A program made the translations under genes and the position numbers. Below, piece by piece: positions 29,892 to 39,645 of a stretch of DNA of 64,000 nt. The notes beneath the pieces were generated by a model. The model worked only from the letters and a program-made list of their open reading frames with translations, ran no database searches and was not told the DNA's origin. The DNA is taken from the NCBI GenBank assembly GCA_963763745.1, contig CAVXQJ010000001.1:194431-258430 (forward strand). The letters are read 5' to 3'. Source of the stretch: an uncultured delta proteobacterium (lineage in GTDB: Bacteria; Myxococcota_A; Polyangia; Polyangiales; Polyangiaceae). Numbering within the stretch: the first letter of the stretch is position 1; each line of letters starts with the position of its first letter.

Positions 29892-30812
29892 TCAATCCCC
29901 CGGATCCGACCCCGACACGTTGTCCGCCTCCATCGACTGCTTCCCGTCGAAACGCACGACGTCCACGTCGACGCGATCGCCCGCGACGTCGATCACCAAG
30001 AAGTGATGAAACGCATGCTCGGGCCCAGCGTGATTGAGCGGCGCGCCCAAGCCACCCGTGATGTACCCGCGGATGCCGCCTTGGTTCACGCGGATGAATT
30101 GATGCACGTGGCTCGAGAGGATCAGCTCGACGCGCGCGTGTTGGAACATCGCGAGCGCGGCGTCGGAGTCCGCCTCGCCCTGCGCGCCGTCTTCGTCCAT
30201 GCCGTGCGACGACACGCCGTTGTGCGCGAGCGGTTTGTGCATGCCGACGAAGATGTGGCGCACTTCGGGATTGCCGCGCGCGTCGTCGAGATCTTTCTCG
30301 AGCCACTCGAGCTGATCTTTTCCGAAGCCGGCTTGGCTGACGTTGTCGAGCGCGATGAAGTGGACGTGGCCGGGGAGGTTCGCCGAGTAGACGACTTTGT
30401 CGTCGAGCAGGCTGCGAATTGGCGTGTACTTCGTGCCGAGGAAGTTCTCGCGGAATTTTTTCTTTGCGCCGTTCTCGCCGATGCCGAGCGCGCCGAGGAG
30501 CTTCACTTCGTGGTTGCCGAGCGCGGGATAGAACGGGACGCCGCCGAGGTTGTCGAGCTCCGCGCGGAAGTGCGCGTCGAACTGCGGCGTGAGCTCCATG
30601 TCGCCGAGAAAGAGAAACGCGCTCGCGCCGCGCGCCTTCGCTTCGCGAAACGCCCACGGGAGAACGTGCGCTGCATCGTCGCGCGAGTCGCCGCCCGCGA
30701 TGAAGCGAACGTGCCCGTCGGGAACGGGAACCGCCACGACGGGCGGAGCCTTCGCCTCGGGCCCACACGCGAGGACGATCGCGAATGCGGCAAACGTCGT
30801 AACCGGTTTCAT
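29892..30812 (-). CDS. metallophosphoesterase lipoprotein (calcineurin-like)
   Basis: MKPVTTFAAFAIVLACG lipobox; GDxxD/GNHE/HxH phosphoesterase motifs; ATG 30812 overlaps the stop of the FGE gene (ATGA). Confidence 0.75.
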   Translation of the reverse strand: MKPVTTFAAFAIVLACGPEAKAPPVVAVPVPDGHVRFIAGGDSRDDAAHVLPWAFREAKARGASAFLFLGDMELTPQFDAHFRAELDNLGGVPFYPALGNHEVKLLGALGIGENGAKKKFRENFLGTKYTPIRSLLDDKVVYSANLPGHVHFIALDNVSQAGFGKDQLEWLEKDLDDARGNPEVRHIFVGMHKPLAHNGVSSHGMDEDGAQGEADSDAALAMFQHARVELILSSHVHQFIRVNQGGIRGYITGGLGAPLNHAGPEHAFHHFLVIDVAGDRVDVDVVRFDGKQSMEADNVSGSDPGD

Positions 30813-31639
30813 TTCGCGCAGCGGATTCCGACGACGACGCTCTTCTCCGTCGTCAAGTGTCCATTGCGCGTCGCGGCCGTCGCGGTCTTCTCCGTGTACC
30901 AACCGCCGCCGCGATACATGCGATACGGCGTCGCACATGCGTGTTGTGGATAATTGCAATACGGGCTCGACGTCCACTCGTAGACGTTGCCTGCCATGTC
31001 GAGGATTCCGAAAGGCGACGCGCCGCGCGGATACGAGCCGACGGGCGCGGTCTCCGCGTAGCCATCGTTGCCCGGGTACATCGCCTTCTTCGTTTCGTTG
31101 TGCACAGTCGTCGCGTATGCGACGCACTCGTCGCCGCACGCGTTGAGCAAGCGCGCATTCGGCGGTTGATTGCCCCACGGATATCTTCGTCCGTCGGTTC
31201 CGCGCGCGGCGTACTCCCACTCGGGCTCCGTCGGGAGACGCGCGCCGATGTAATTGCAATACGTCATCGCCTGATTCCAATCGACGCAGTTGACTGGATG
31301 ACCGCCGCGCGCCGCGTTCTGCGAGTTGCACATCGCGTCGCTGCCGGGCGCGGTGCACGTTCCCGCGGAGACGCACGCGTCGTACTCGGCTTCGGTGACT
31401 TCGAGTCGCTCCATGCAGAAGCCCGTGACCGTGAGCGAGTGCGCGGGGTGCTCGTCGGGCTCGCCTTCGGTCGCGGGCGAGCCCATCATGAACGTGCCCG
31501 ACGGAACGCGCATGAAGCCCGGCGGGCAACCCGTGCTCACGGCGAGCTGTGCGCGCGCGTCCGATTTTTCCCCGCGCGTCGCGAACGAAATCGCGACGAC
31601 GACCATCACGCCAAGGGCACCTTTGATTCGAAAATGCAC
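30809..31639 (-). CDS. FGE-sulfatase (SUMF1/formylglycine-generating enzyme) domain protein
   Basis: Signal peptide; GNVYEWTSS and RGGGWY motifs typical of the FGE-sulfatase domain. Confidence 0.8.
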   Translation of the reverse strand: MHFRIKGALGVMVVVAISFATRGEKSDARAQLAVSTGCPPGFMRVPSGTFMMGSPATEGEPDEHPAHSLTVTGFCMERLEVTEAEYDACVSAGTCTAPGSDAMCNSQNAARGGHPVNCVDWNQAMTYCNYIGARLPTEPEWEYAARGTDGRRYPWGNQPPNARLLNACGDECVAYATTVHNETKKAMYPGNDGYAETAPVGSYPRGASPFGILDMAGNVYEWTSSPYCNYPQHACATPYRMYRGGGWYTEKTATAATRNGHLTTEKSVVVGIRCAK

Positions 31640-31710
31640 GCCCGGAGGCTAGCACACCGTAAAAAAGGGCATTTGGAGATAGGCGTCCTTTTTGCTTGGC
31701 GGAGAATCCG

Positions 31711-34326
31711 ATGATGAAGAAGAGCTTCTTTCTTGGATGCGCGGCGCTCGTCACGGCGGCTGCGCCTTCGCTCGCGCAGACGCGCGCGGCGGTGATCGAT
31801 CCGAACATCGTGCGCGCGCTCGACACCGGGCTCACCGGTCCCTTCGTGCGGAGCGCGCCCGTCCCTGGAAAAACGACCGTGCTCATCGAGCTCGCGTCGC
31901 CCGCGACGCCGGCGATTTCGTCCATGCTCGCGCGTTCGGGCGTGAAGCTCGCGTTCGCGGAAGGAAAAGCGCTCGCGTACGACAGGTTCGTTCCCGCCGA
32001 CGTCACGCCGCAGAGCCTCGCTGCGCTCGCGAAGATGAGCGAAGTGAAACGCGTCACGCTCGCGAGCGCGCGCGGTCCGCTCCCGCTCGATCAATCCGCC
32101 ACGCTCATGCGCCTCGCCGATGCGCGCGGCGCGCGCGCGGATCTCGACGAGCTCGACGGCGACGGAACGCTCATCGCCGACATCGACTCGCTCGTCGATC
32201 CGTTCCAGCCCGCGTTCTTCAAAGGCGACGCTGGTTACTTCGATTGGATCGATCAGGACGGCGATGGAGTCTTCACGCCGGGCAAGGACGCGATCGATCT
32301 CGATCAAAACGGAACGGGCGACGCGAGCGAAGTCGCCGAGCTCATCGAAGCCAAGCAAGTCGACTACTACGGCAAAGACACGGGCGCGCGCGCGAGCGAC
32401 GCGTTCGATCCGTCCGTGGATTTTCTCTTCATCGACTCGAACGGAAATGGCGCGCGCGATTTCGGCGCATCGAACGGGTTCGACGACACGACGCCCGCGT
32501 TCGGCGAGCCGCTCTTCGTGCCCGACGACGTGAACAAGAACGGCACGCTCGACGTCGGCGAGCGCGTCGTTCGGCTCGGCACGTCGAAGTTCCGAAAGAT
32601 CTACGTCAACCTCGATTACCCGCCGTACACGGCGAACCACACGTACGTGCGCGGCGTCGATCTCTCCGCGTCGAAGATCGATTACTCGAGCGGCGGGCTC
32701 GAAGGATTTCCCGATGCGTTCCACGCGACGGGCGTGAACACGATTTTGGTTGGCGACGTTCCGCTCGTCGGGCGCAGATGGGTCGGCATCGCGCCGAACG
32801 CGGACGTGGAAGTCGCGTGGGACGTGGAGCAAACGCAGCAGGGACTGCCGGTGAAAGGGCTCACGTGGGCGCTTCAAGACAAGCCCGACGTCGGTCTCTT
32901 CGAGCTCGCCGTGTGGACGAGCGTTCCCGTCGATGGAACCGACGCGCTCTCCACGATGATCGACACCGCGGTGAACAAAGGAGCCTTCACCGCCACGTGC
33001 CCGACGGGCGATCAAGGCTCCGCGCTCAAGCACGCGCACGTCGACCTCGCGCCGGGCGCGCAACAGGCGATGCATTGGACCCTTCCGGCGAAAGACAAAG
33101 CCGGACAAGGTCCGCTCTCGTACGTCGAGCTCTCGATGGACATTCGCGGCGCCGAGCCCGAAGCGGTGATGCTCTCCGGTCCGACCGGCGAGAGCGCCAA
33201 CATGATGCAATTTCTCATGGGCACGCTCTCGACGGGCGACTCCTATTACGTGACGACGCAGCAGACGACGCGCGGCACGTGGATGTACGACGTGATCCTC
33301 TACGTCGACACGAACCAACCGCCGTTCCCGACGGGCACGTGGAGCGTCAGCGTGACGGGCAACGCGTCGACTGCGATCACGGTCGATGGCTTCGTCGCCG
33401 ACGACAAATCGAGCTGGGCCGTCGGTGCTGCGTGGGACGAAGCGATCGCGACGAACGCGGGCACGATCGGCGCGCCTGCGACGGCGGATCATTGCATCGC
33501 GGTGAACGCGGCGCCCGATCACGTCTCGACGCCCGCCGAGCCTTGGTACGATTTGCATTTCTATCCCGAGTACGACGTCGCGCCGAACTACACCGAGACG
33601 CAAGGACAGATTCGCGCGTACTCGCCGCGCGGCCCGCGCATCGACGGCATCATGAAGCCCGACATCACCGCGCCCGACAATCCGTGGGTCGCGAACGAGT
33701 GGATGCCGTCGCTGAAATATCCGTACGGATCGTATTCGGTGTTCGGTGGAACGTCGGGCGCGTCTCCGCACGCGACGGGCGTCGCGGCGCTCCTCGCGCA
33801 AACGGGTTTGCACGGCGACGCCGCGCGCGACGCGATTCGCACCGGCGCGATCGTCGACTCGGACACGGGCGCGGTTCCGAACGGCGATTATGGATTCGGA
33901 CGATTGAGCGCGGCGGGCGCGCTCGGCGTCGCGAACGCGGGCGTGGAGCCTTCGGTGAAGATCAACGTCACGAGCGCGAACACGCAAGCGGGCATCACGC
34001 TGACGCTCGACGCGAAATCGAACGACGGAAACGACGGCGCGCTCCAAGCGAAGTGGGACGATGGCTACGACGGAACATGGGACACGCCTTACGCTGCGAT
34101 AGCAACGCACTCCGTCTCCGCGAACACCCCCGGAAAATATCCGTTCAAGGTGCGCGTGCGAAACGCGGGCGGTCGCGTCGCCGAAGCGGTCGTGTGGGCC
34201 GACGTGACGGACACCGTCGTCACGAGCTCGGGATGCAGCTGCAACACGGCGCCTTCGCGCACGGAGATGGGCTTCGCGGGCTTTGCGCTCGCGCTCGCCG
34301 CCTTCGCGCGCCGCCGCCGCCGTTGA
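31711..34326 (+). CDS. S8-family subtilisin-like serine peptidase with MYXO-CTERM sorting domain
   Basis: AVIDPN Asp motif; GTSGASPHATGVAALL Ser motif; C-terminal GCSC...GFAGFALALAAFARRRRR = MYXO-CTERM; GGAG 7 nt upstream of ATG 31711. Confidence 0.85.
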   Translation: MMKKSFFLGCAALVTAAAPSLAQTRAAVIDPNIVRALDTGLTGPFVRSAPVPGKTTVLIELASPATPAISSMLARSGVKLAFAEGKALAYDRFVPADVTPQSLAALAKMSEVKRVTLASARGPLPLDQSATLMRLADARGARADLDELDGDGTLIADIDSLVDPFQPAFFKGDAGYFDWIDQDGDGVFTPGKDAIDLDQNGTGDASEVAELIEAKQVDYYGKDTGARASDAFDPSVDFLFIDSNGNGARDFGASNGFDDTTPAFGEPLFVPDDVNKNGTLDVGERVVRLGTSKFRKIYVNLDYPPYTANHTYVRGVDLSASKIDYSSGGLEGFPDAFHATGVNTILVGDVPLVGRRWVGIAPNADVEVAWDVEQTQQGLPVKGLTWALQDKPDVGLFELAVWTSVPVDGTDALSTMIDTAVNKGAFTATCPTGDQGSALKHAHVDLAPGAQQAMHWTLPAKDKAGQGPLSYVELSMDIRGAEPEAVMLSGPTGESANMMQFLMGTLSTGDSYYVTTQQTTRGTWMYDVILYVDTNQPPFPTGTWSVSVTGNASTAITVDGFVADDKSSWAVGAAWDEAIATNAGTIGAPATADHCIAVNAAPDHVSTPAEPWYDLHFYPEYDVAPNYTETQGQIRAYSPRGPRIDGIMKPDITAPDNPWVANEWMPSLKYPYGSYSVFGGTSGASPHATGVAALLAQTGLHGDAARDAIRTGAIVDSDTGAVPNGDYGFGRLSAAGALGVANAGVEPSVKINVTSANTQAGITLTLDAKSNDGNDGALQAKWDDGYDGTWDTPYAAIATHSVSANTPGKYPFKVRVRNAGGRVAEAVVWADVTDTVVTSSGCSCNTAPSRTEMGFAGFALALAAFARRRRR

Positions 34327-34345
34327 AGTGACGTAAGATGCGCTC

Positions 34346-35738
34346 ATGCGCGCCCGGTGGTTGATCGCTCTCGCCGGCTTCGTGATCGTGAGCGCGTGCA
34401 CCACGCCCGCGCGCACGCCCGTCGCGCAGCCGGCGCATCCGCAACCCACGGGACCGGTGCGTCACGTCGTCGTCATCTCGATCGACGGCCTCATGCTCGA
34501 CGCGTCCGTCCATCCCGACGCACATGGTCTTCGCGTGCCGACGCTTCGCCGCCTCGTCGCGCAAGGCGCTGCGTCGATGGACGGGAGCGTCTCCGTGTTT
34601 CCGACGGTCACGTACCCCGCGCACACGAGCATGGTGACGGGCGTCAATCCCGAGCAAGCACGGCATCGTCACGAATCGCACGTTCGATCCGATCGATCGC
34701 GATTGGGGCGGGTGGCGCTGGTACGCGGAAGACGTCGCGCGCGATCCGATTTGGCGACTCGTCGAGCGCGCGGGATACACGTCGGCGATCGTGTGGTGGC
34801 CCGTCACCACGGCGTCGCGCGTGTCGTGGCGCGTTCCGGAATATTGGCGCGCGAAGAACGAAAATGATCAGAAGCTCGTGCGCGCGCTCTCGACGCCCGA
34901 CTTGCTCGAGAGCGTCGCGCGCGACGCGCCCGATTTCTGGCAGCGGTTTCGCCCGCCCGAGGTCGACGACACGTCCATCGGCGACATCGCGACGTACGTC
35001 ATCGAGCACCACAAGCCGACGCTCACGCTCGTGCACCTCATCGAGGTCGACTCGATGCAGCACGATCACGGCGTGTGGAGCAAGGAAGCGATCGAGGCGA
35101 TCGAGAAAGACGATCAGCAGGTGGGTCGCGTCCTCGCATCGCTCGATCGCGCCGGGCTCTCCGAAGACACGAACGTGATCGTCCTCTCGGATCACGGCTT
35201 CGTCGATGCGCCGAAGCTCGTCGAGCCGTGCGTGCTCCTCCGCGATGCGGGGCTCCTCGCGCTCGACGCGCGCGGAAAGACCACCTCGTGGAAAGCCGCG
35301 ATGCTGTCGAGCGGCGGACAAGCGTACGTCTACGTGCACGAAGGCGAAGGACAAGACACGCGAGACGCGGTGCGCGCGCTCTTCACGGCGAAGGCGTCCG
35401 ATCCCGAGAGCGGCATCGCGCGCGTGTACTCGCCCGACGACATCCGCGAAGCGGGCGGCGATCCGCGCGCGGCGCTCGCCATCGAAGCGTCGCTTGGTTT
35501 TCAATTCGGCCACTCGTGCGGCGGCACGTACGTCGGCGCGCACCCCGCGTACCCGGCGACGCACGGCTACGACCCGCGTCGCCCCGAGATGCGTGCGTCG
35601 ATGATGTTCTACGGAAAAAACGTTCCGCACGGCACGATCAAGGACGCGCACGTCATCGACGTCGCGCCGACGATCGCCGCGTGGCTCGGCATCGAGATGA
35701 AAGACGTCGACGGCAAGGCGCTCACCGTCGAGAAGTGA
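34346..35738 (+). CDS. nucleotide pyrophosphatase/phosphodiesterase (NPP, alkaline-phosphatase superfamily) lipoprotein; single-base frame disruption at about 34649-34651
   Basis: Lipobox IVSAC; VVVISIDG, FPTVTYPAHTSMVTG, then the frame shifts: downstream frame reads HGIVTNRTFDP...; deleting one C of CCC restores GVNPSKHGIVTN. Confidence 0.7.
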
Positions 35739-35741
35739 TTC

Positions 35742-36543
35742 GTGCCCGAAGGCGACTCGATTCACAAGCTCGCGAACGCGCTCACGCGCGCGATCGTTGG
35801 CAAGACCGTCCGCGCCTTCTCCGCGCACACCGTCATGGATCACGTGGCGCGCACGGTCATCGGCGCGAGAGTCGAGAGCGCGACGGCGCGCGGAAAAAAT
35901 CTGCTCGTCGCGTTCGACGACGGCCGCACGCTCCACATCCACTTGCGCATGCTCGGTCGCGTTCGCATCGTCGCGCCGAAACCCGCACCGCGCCGCATGC
36001 CGCAGCTGTGGATCGAATTCGACGACGTCGCCGTGATGGGTTGGAAGATCCCCGTGCTTCGTCTCTTGCGAAAGGGCGCAGCCGAGCGCGTGCCGGAGAT
36101 CGCATCGCTCGGTCCCGATCTCCTCGCGGAAGACTTCGACGAACGCGATGCGCTCGCGCGTTTTCGCGCGAACCCCGATTGCGAAAATCGGCGAAGCGCT
36201 CATGCTCCAGCGCATCGCCAGTGGCATCGGCAACGTCTACAAATCGGAGGTGCTCTTCATCGAGCGCGTCCATCCGCGCGCGCGGGTTCGCGATCTCGAC
36301 GACGCCGCGATCCTCGGGCTCGTCCGGCGCGCACGCGCGCTCCTACGCATGAACGTCGCGCGCCGCGGTCCACGCGTGACGCGCGGCCTCCTCGGCGCGC
36401 GCCACCACGTCTACGAACGCGCTGGCCGTGCGTGCTCGCGATGCCGCACCGCGATCAGCGTGATCCGGCAGGCGAACCGATCGACGTACTTCTGCGCGAA
36501 GTGCCAGGATGGTGCTGCGAAGAGTGGGCGAGCCGGGACTTGA
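35742..36543 (+). CDS. nei: Fpg/Nei family DNA glycosylase (endonuclease VIII-like); frame disruption at the CCCC run near 36174
   Basis: GTG start then PEGDSIHKL (catalytic Pro2/Glu3); H2TH IASGIGNVYKSEVLF and zinc finger CSRCRT...CAKCQ lie in the +1 frame (track ORF 36148..36543). Confidence 0.7.
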
Positions 36544-36597
36544 ACCCGGAGCCAACGGATTAAGAGTCCGCTGCTCTACCAATTGAGCTACTCGCCC
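36525..36597 (-). tRNA. tRNA-Lys (anticodon CUU)
   Basis: Reverse complement GGGCGAGTAGCTCAATTGGTAGAGCAGCGGACTCTTAATCCGTTGGCTCCGGGTTCAAGTCCCGGCTCGCCCA folds as a cloverleaf: 7-bp acceptor, D-arm, anticodon loop CUCUUAA, T-arm GGGTTCAAGTCCCGG. Confidence 0.85.
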
Positions 36598-36679
36598 GAG
36601 ACGAAGCGTCGCGTAGGTATACGCGGCTGGTTTCCCTGTCAAGGAGCGACGGGCGAGCGTGGTAGAACTGACGCGCGCC

Positions 36680-37390
36680 ATGTCACGACAAGCAGTCGTT
36701 CTCGCCGGCGGGCTCGCGACCCGGATGCGTCCCAAGACGCTCACCGTGCCGAAGGTTCTGCTCGAGGTCGCGGGGCGTCCTTTCGTCGAGTGGCAGCTCG
36801 AATTGCTTGTAAAGTACAACTATCAGCGCGCCGTGATGTGCGTCGCGCATTTGGGCGATCAGGTTCGCGAGCACGTCGGCGATGGCGCGCGCTTCGGCAT
36901 CCGCGTCGAATACTCCGACGAAGGCAAAACGCTCCTCGGAACGGGCGGCGCCCTCCGCCGCGCGCTTCCGCTCCTCGAAGAGACGTTTCTCGTCACCTAC
37001 GGCGACAGCTATTTGCCCTTCGACTACGCCGCGCCGCTCGACGAGCTCCGCGCGCACGACGACTGCGACGGCGTGATGAGCGTCTTCAAGAACGACGGGA
37101 AAATGGGACGCCTCCAACGTCGAGCTCAGTCCGAACGGCGCGTTCGTCGCGCGCTACGAAAAAGGCGCGAAAGACACCGTCTTCGATCACATCGACTACG
37201 GCGCGATCGCGCTTCGCCGCTCTACGGTCGAGGCAATCCCCGAAGATCGCGCATCCGGATTGGACGAGCTGCAAACGCGCCTCGCGCGCGCCCGCCGCTT
37301 GCGAGCCCACGTGGCCCGTGAGAGGTTTTACGAAATCGGCTCGCCCGAAGGGCTCGCTGCGCTAGAAACTCGCTTACAGGAACACCGATG
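36680..37390 (+). CDS. hddC: D-glycero-alpha-D-manno-heptose-1-phosphate guanylyltransferase (HddC-like NTP-transferase); extra A in an AAAA run near 37107
   Basis: AVVLAGGLATRMRP...PKVLLEVAGRPF; C-terminal half continues in the +1 frame (KWDASNVELSPNGAFVARYEKG...RFYEIGSPEGL) ending in ATGA overlap with hddA. Confidence 0.7.
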
Positions 37391-38383
37391 ATCGTCTCCC
37401 GCGCCCCGGTGCGCTTCTCGCTTGGTGGTGGCGGCACGGACTTGCCGACGTATTCGCGCGAGCACGGAGGATTTCTCGTCGCCGCGGCGATCGACAAATA
37501 CGTGACCGTCTGCGTCGCGAAACGCTTCTACAACAACATCCGCCTCGCGTACTCCAAGCTCGAGCTCGTCGACTCGGTCGACGAAATCGAGCACCGCATC
37601 TACCGCGAAGCGCTCCGCTACTCGGGCCTCACGAGCTCGCTCGAGCTCCACAGCGTCGCGGACGTGCCGTCGAACTCGGGCCTCGGCTCGTCGTCGAGCT
37701 TCACCGTCGCGCTGCTCAATGGCCTCCACGCGTACAAGCGCGACTATCTCTCGACCGAGCAGCTCGCGAATGGCGCGTGTCACATCGAGATCGACGTCCT
37801 CAAAGAGCCAATCGGAAAACAGGATCAATACATCGCGGCGTACGGCGGCATCACGGCGCTCACGTTCGACAAGGATGGCACCGTGCACGTCGAGCGTTTG
37901 CCCGTGAGCGAAGCCGTCATCGACGATCTCGAGACGAACCTCATGGTGTTCTATTCGGGCGTCGAGCGCTCGGCGTCTGCCGTCCTCGCGGATCAAGCGA
38001 AGACCGTGAAGGCGAACAAAGACGACGCGGTCGCGCGCATGCATCGCATCAAGGAGATGGGCTACGAGACGAAGAAGCTCCTCCTCGAAGGCAACATCGA
38101 TCACTACGGCGAGCTGATGCACGAGCACTGGATGAACAAGCGCAAGCTCGCATCCAACATGACCGACCCCGTCATCGACGAGCACTACGAAGTCGCGCGC
38201 GAGGCGGGTGCGATCGGCGGCAAGCTCATGGGCGCAGGCGGCGGAGGTTTCTTCCTCTTCTACGTGCGCCCCACCGACAAGCGCCGCGTGCACGACAAGC
38301 TCGTCGCGCGCGGTCTTCGCCCTTTGCGTTTCCGTTTCGATTTCGACGGCGCGCGCATCACCGCAAACTTTCACCGCTCATAG
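37388..38383 (+). CDS. hddA: D-glycero-alpha-D-manno-heptose 7-phosphate kinase (GHMP kinase)
   Basis: MIVSRAPVRFSLGGGGTDLP..., PSNSGLGSSSS GHMP motif; 331 aa. Confidence 0.85.
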   Translation: MIVSRAPVRFSLGGGGTDLPTYSREHGGFLVAAAIDKYVTVCVAKRFYNNIRLAYSKLELVDSVDEIEHRIYREALRYSGLTSSLELHSVADVPSNSGLGSSSSFTVALLNGLHAYKRDYLSTEQLANGACHIEIDVLKEPIGKQDQYIAAYGGITALTFDKDGTVHVERLPVSEAVIDDLETNLMVFYSGVERSASAVLADQAKTVKANKDDAVARMHRIKEMGYETKKLLLEGNIDHYGELMHEHWMNKRKLASNMTDPVIDEHYEVAREAGAIGGKLMGAGGGGFFLFYVRPTDKRRVHDKLVARGLRPLRFRFDFDGARITANFHRS

Positions 38384-38389
38384 GTCTCG

Positions 38390-39001
38390 ATGTCATTCAG
38401 CCAAGATTTTCTCGGAGAGGTTTCGAAAATCGTTTCGTCCGTCGACGCGGGCGAAATCGAAAAGATGGCGCTCGGTCTTGCCGCGGCGCGCGACGGCGGC
38501 GGCCGACTCTTCATCCTCGGCGTCGGCGGCTCGGCGGGTCACGCGAGCCACGCCGTGAACGACTTCCGGAAAATCTGCGGCTTCGAGGCGTACACGCCAA
38601 CCGACAACGTGAGCGAGCTCACCGCGCGCACCAACGACGAAGGCTGGGAGACGACGTTCGTCGAGTGGCTCCGCACGTCGCGCCTGTCGAAGGCCGACGC
38701 GCTCCTCGTGTTCTCCGTCGGCGGCGGCAACAAAGAGAAAAACGTCTCCGTGAACTTGGTGCGCGCACTCGAGCTCGCGAAGGAGCGCGGCGCGAAGGTC
38801 TTCGGCATCGTCGGTCGCGACGGCGGCTACACGAAGCAAGTCGCCGACGCGTGCGTCCTCGTGCCTGTCGTTTCATCCGACCGCATCACGCCCCACACCG
38901 AAGGCTTCTGCGCCGTGCTATGGCACCTGCTCGTCAGCCACCCCAAGCTGCAGGCCGCCAAGACCAAGTGGGAAAGCGTCGAAATAGCGGAGTTGCGGTG
39001 A
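38390..39001 (+). CDS. gmhA: sedoheptulose-7-phosphate isomerase (SIS domain)
   Basis: RLFILGVGGSAGHASHAVNDF..., SIS fold; 203 aa. Confidence 0.85.
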   Translation: MSFSQDFLGEVSKIVSSVDAGEIEKMALGLAAARDGGGRLFILGVGGSAGHASHAVNDFRKICGFEAYTPTDNVSELTARTNDEGWETTFVEWLRTSRLSKADALLVFSVGGGNKEKNVSVNLVRALELAKERGAKVFGIVGRDGGYTKQVADACVLVPVVSSDRITPHTEGFCAVLWHLLVSHPKLQAAKTKWESVEIAELR

Positions 39002-39597
39002 AGCGCGCCGTGGTGCTCGATCGCGACGGCACGCTCGTCGACGTCGTGCGCGACGAAGAGACGGGGGCGATCGTCACCGCGTTCCATCCCGATCAGCTTC
39101 GCGTGCTTCCGGGCGTGATCGACGGGTTGCGCGAGCTCGCGGCCGCCGGCTTCGATCTCGCGATCGCGACGAACCAACCGGGCCCCGCGAAAGGGCAGTA
39201 CTCGCGCGCGTCCGTCGAGAAGACGAACGCCGCGCTCGTCGCGCTCTTCGCCGCGCAAAGCATCACGATCGCGAAGGTTGCAGTCTGCATGCATCATCCG
39301 GACGGCGGCCCCGGCGGCGACGCGTCGCTCGTCGGGCCGTGCGCGTGCCGCAAACCGAAGCCGGGAATGCTCCTCGATCTGCAGCGCGATCTCGGCTTCG
39401 ATTTCAACGCGTCTTGGATGATCGGCGACACGACCTCCGACGTCGACGCCGGTCGCGCCGCGGGCATGCGCACCGGTTTGATCTTCGACGAACGCCGATG
39501 CGAGCTCTGCCCGCTCCGCGGCGGTCCGAAGTGCACGCCCGATCTCCACGCGCGCGACTTCCGCACGCTCGCGCGTCTCGTCTTGGAGAAGTCGTGA
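38998..39597 (+). CDS. gmhB: D,D-heptose 1,7-bisphosphate phosphatase (HAD-IIIA)
   Basis: GTG overlapping the gmhA stop (GTGA); AVVLDRDGTLVD, ATNQPG, MIGDTTSDVDAGRAAG HAD motifs. Confidence 0.8.
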   Translation: MKRAVVLDRDGTLVDVVRDEETGAIVTAFHPDQLRVLPGVIDGLRELAAAGFDLAIATNQPGPAKGQYSRASVEKTNAALVALFAAQSITIAKVAVCMHHPDGGPGGDASLVGPCACRKPKPGMLLDLQRDLGFDFNASWMIGDTTSDVDAGRAAGMRTGLIFDERRCELCPLRGGPKCTPDLHARDFRTLARLVLEKS

Positions 39598-39645
39598 AGC
39601 TCGACGTGGAACGCGTCTGCCGCGTTCTCTTGTGGATCGCGTTGC

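Noticed and set aside
34644-36233. 529-aa minus-strand ORF
   Set aside because: Antisense to the NPP and nei genes; Arg-rich, no recognisable motifs.
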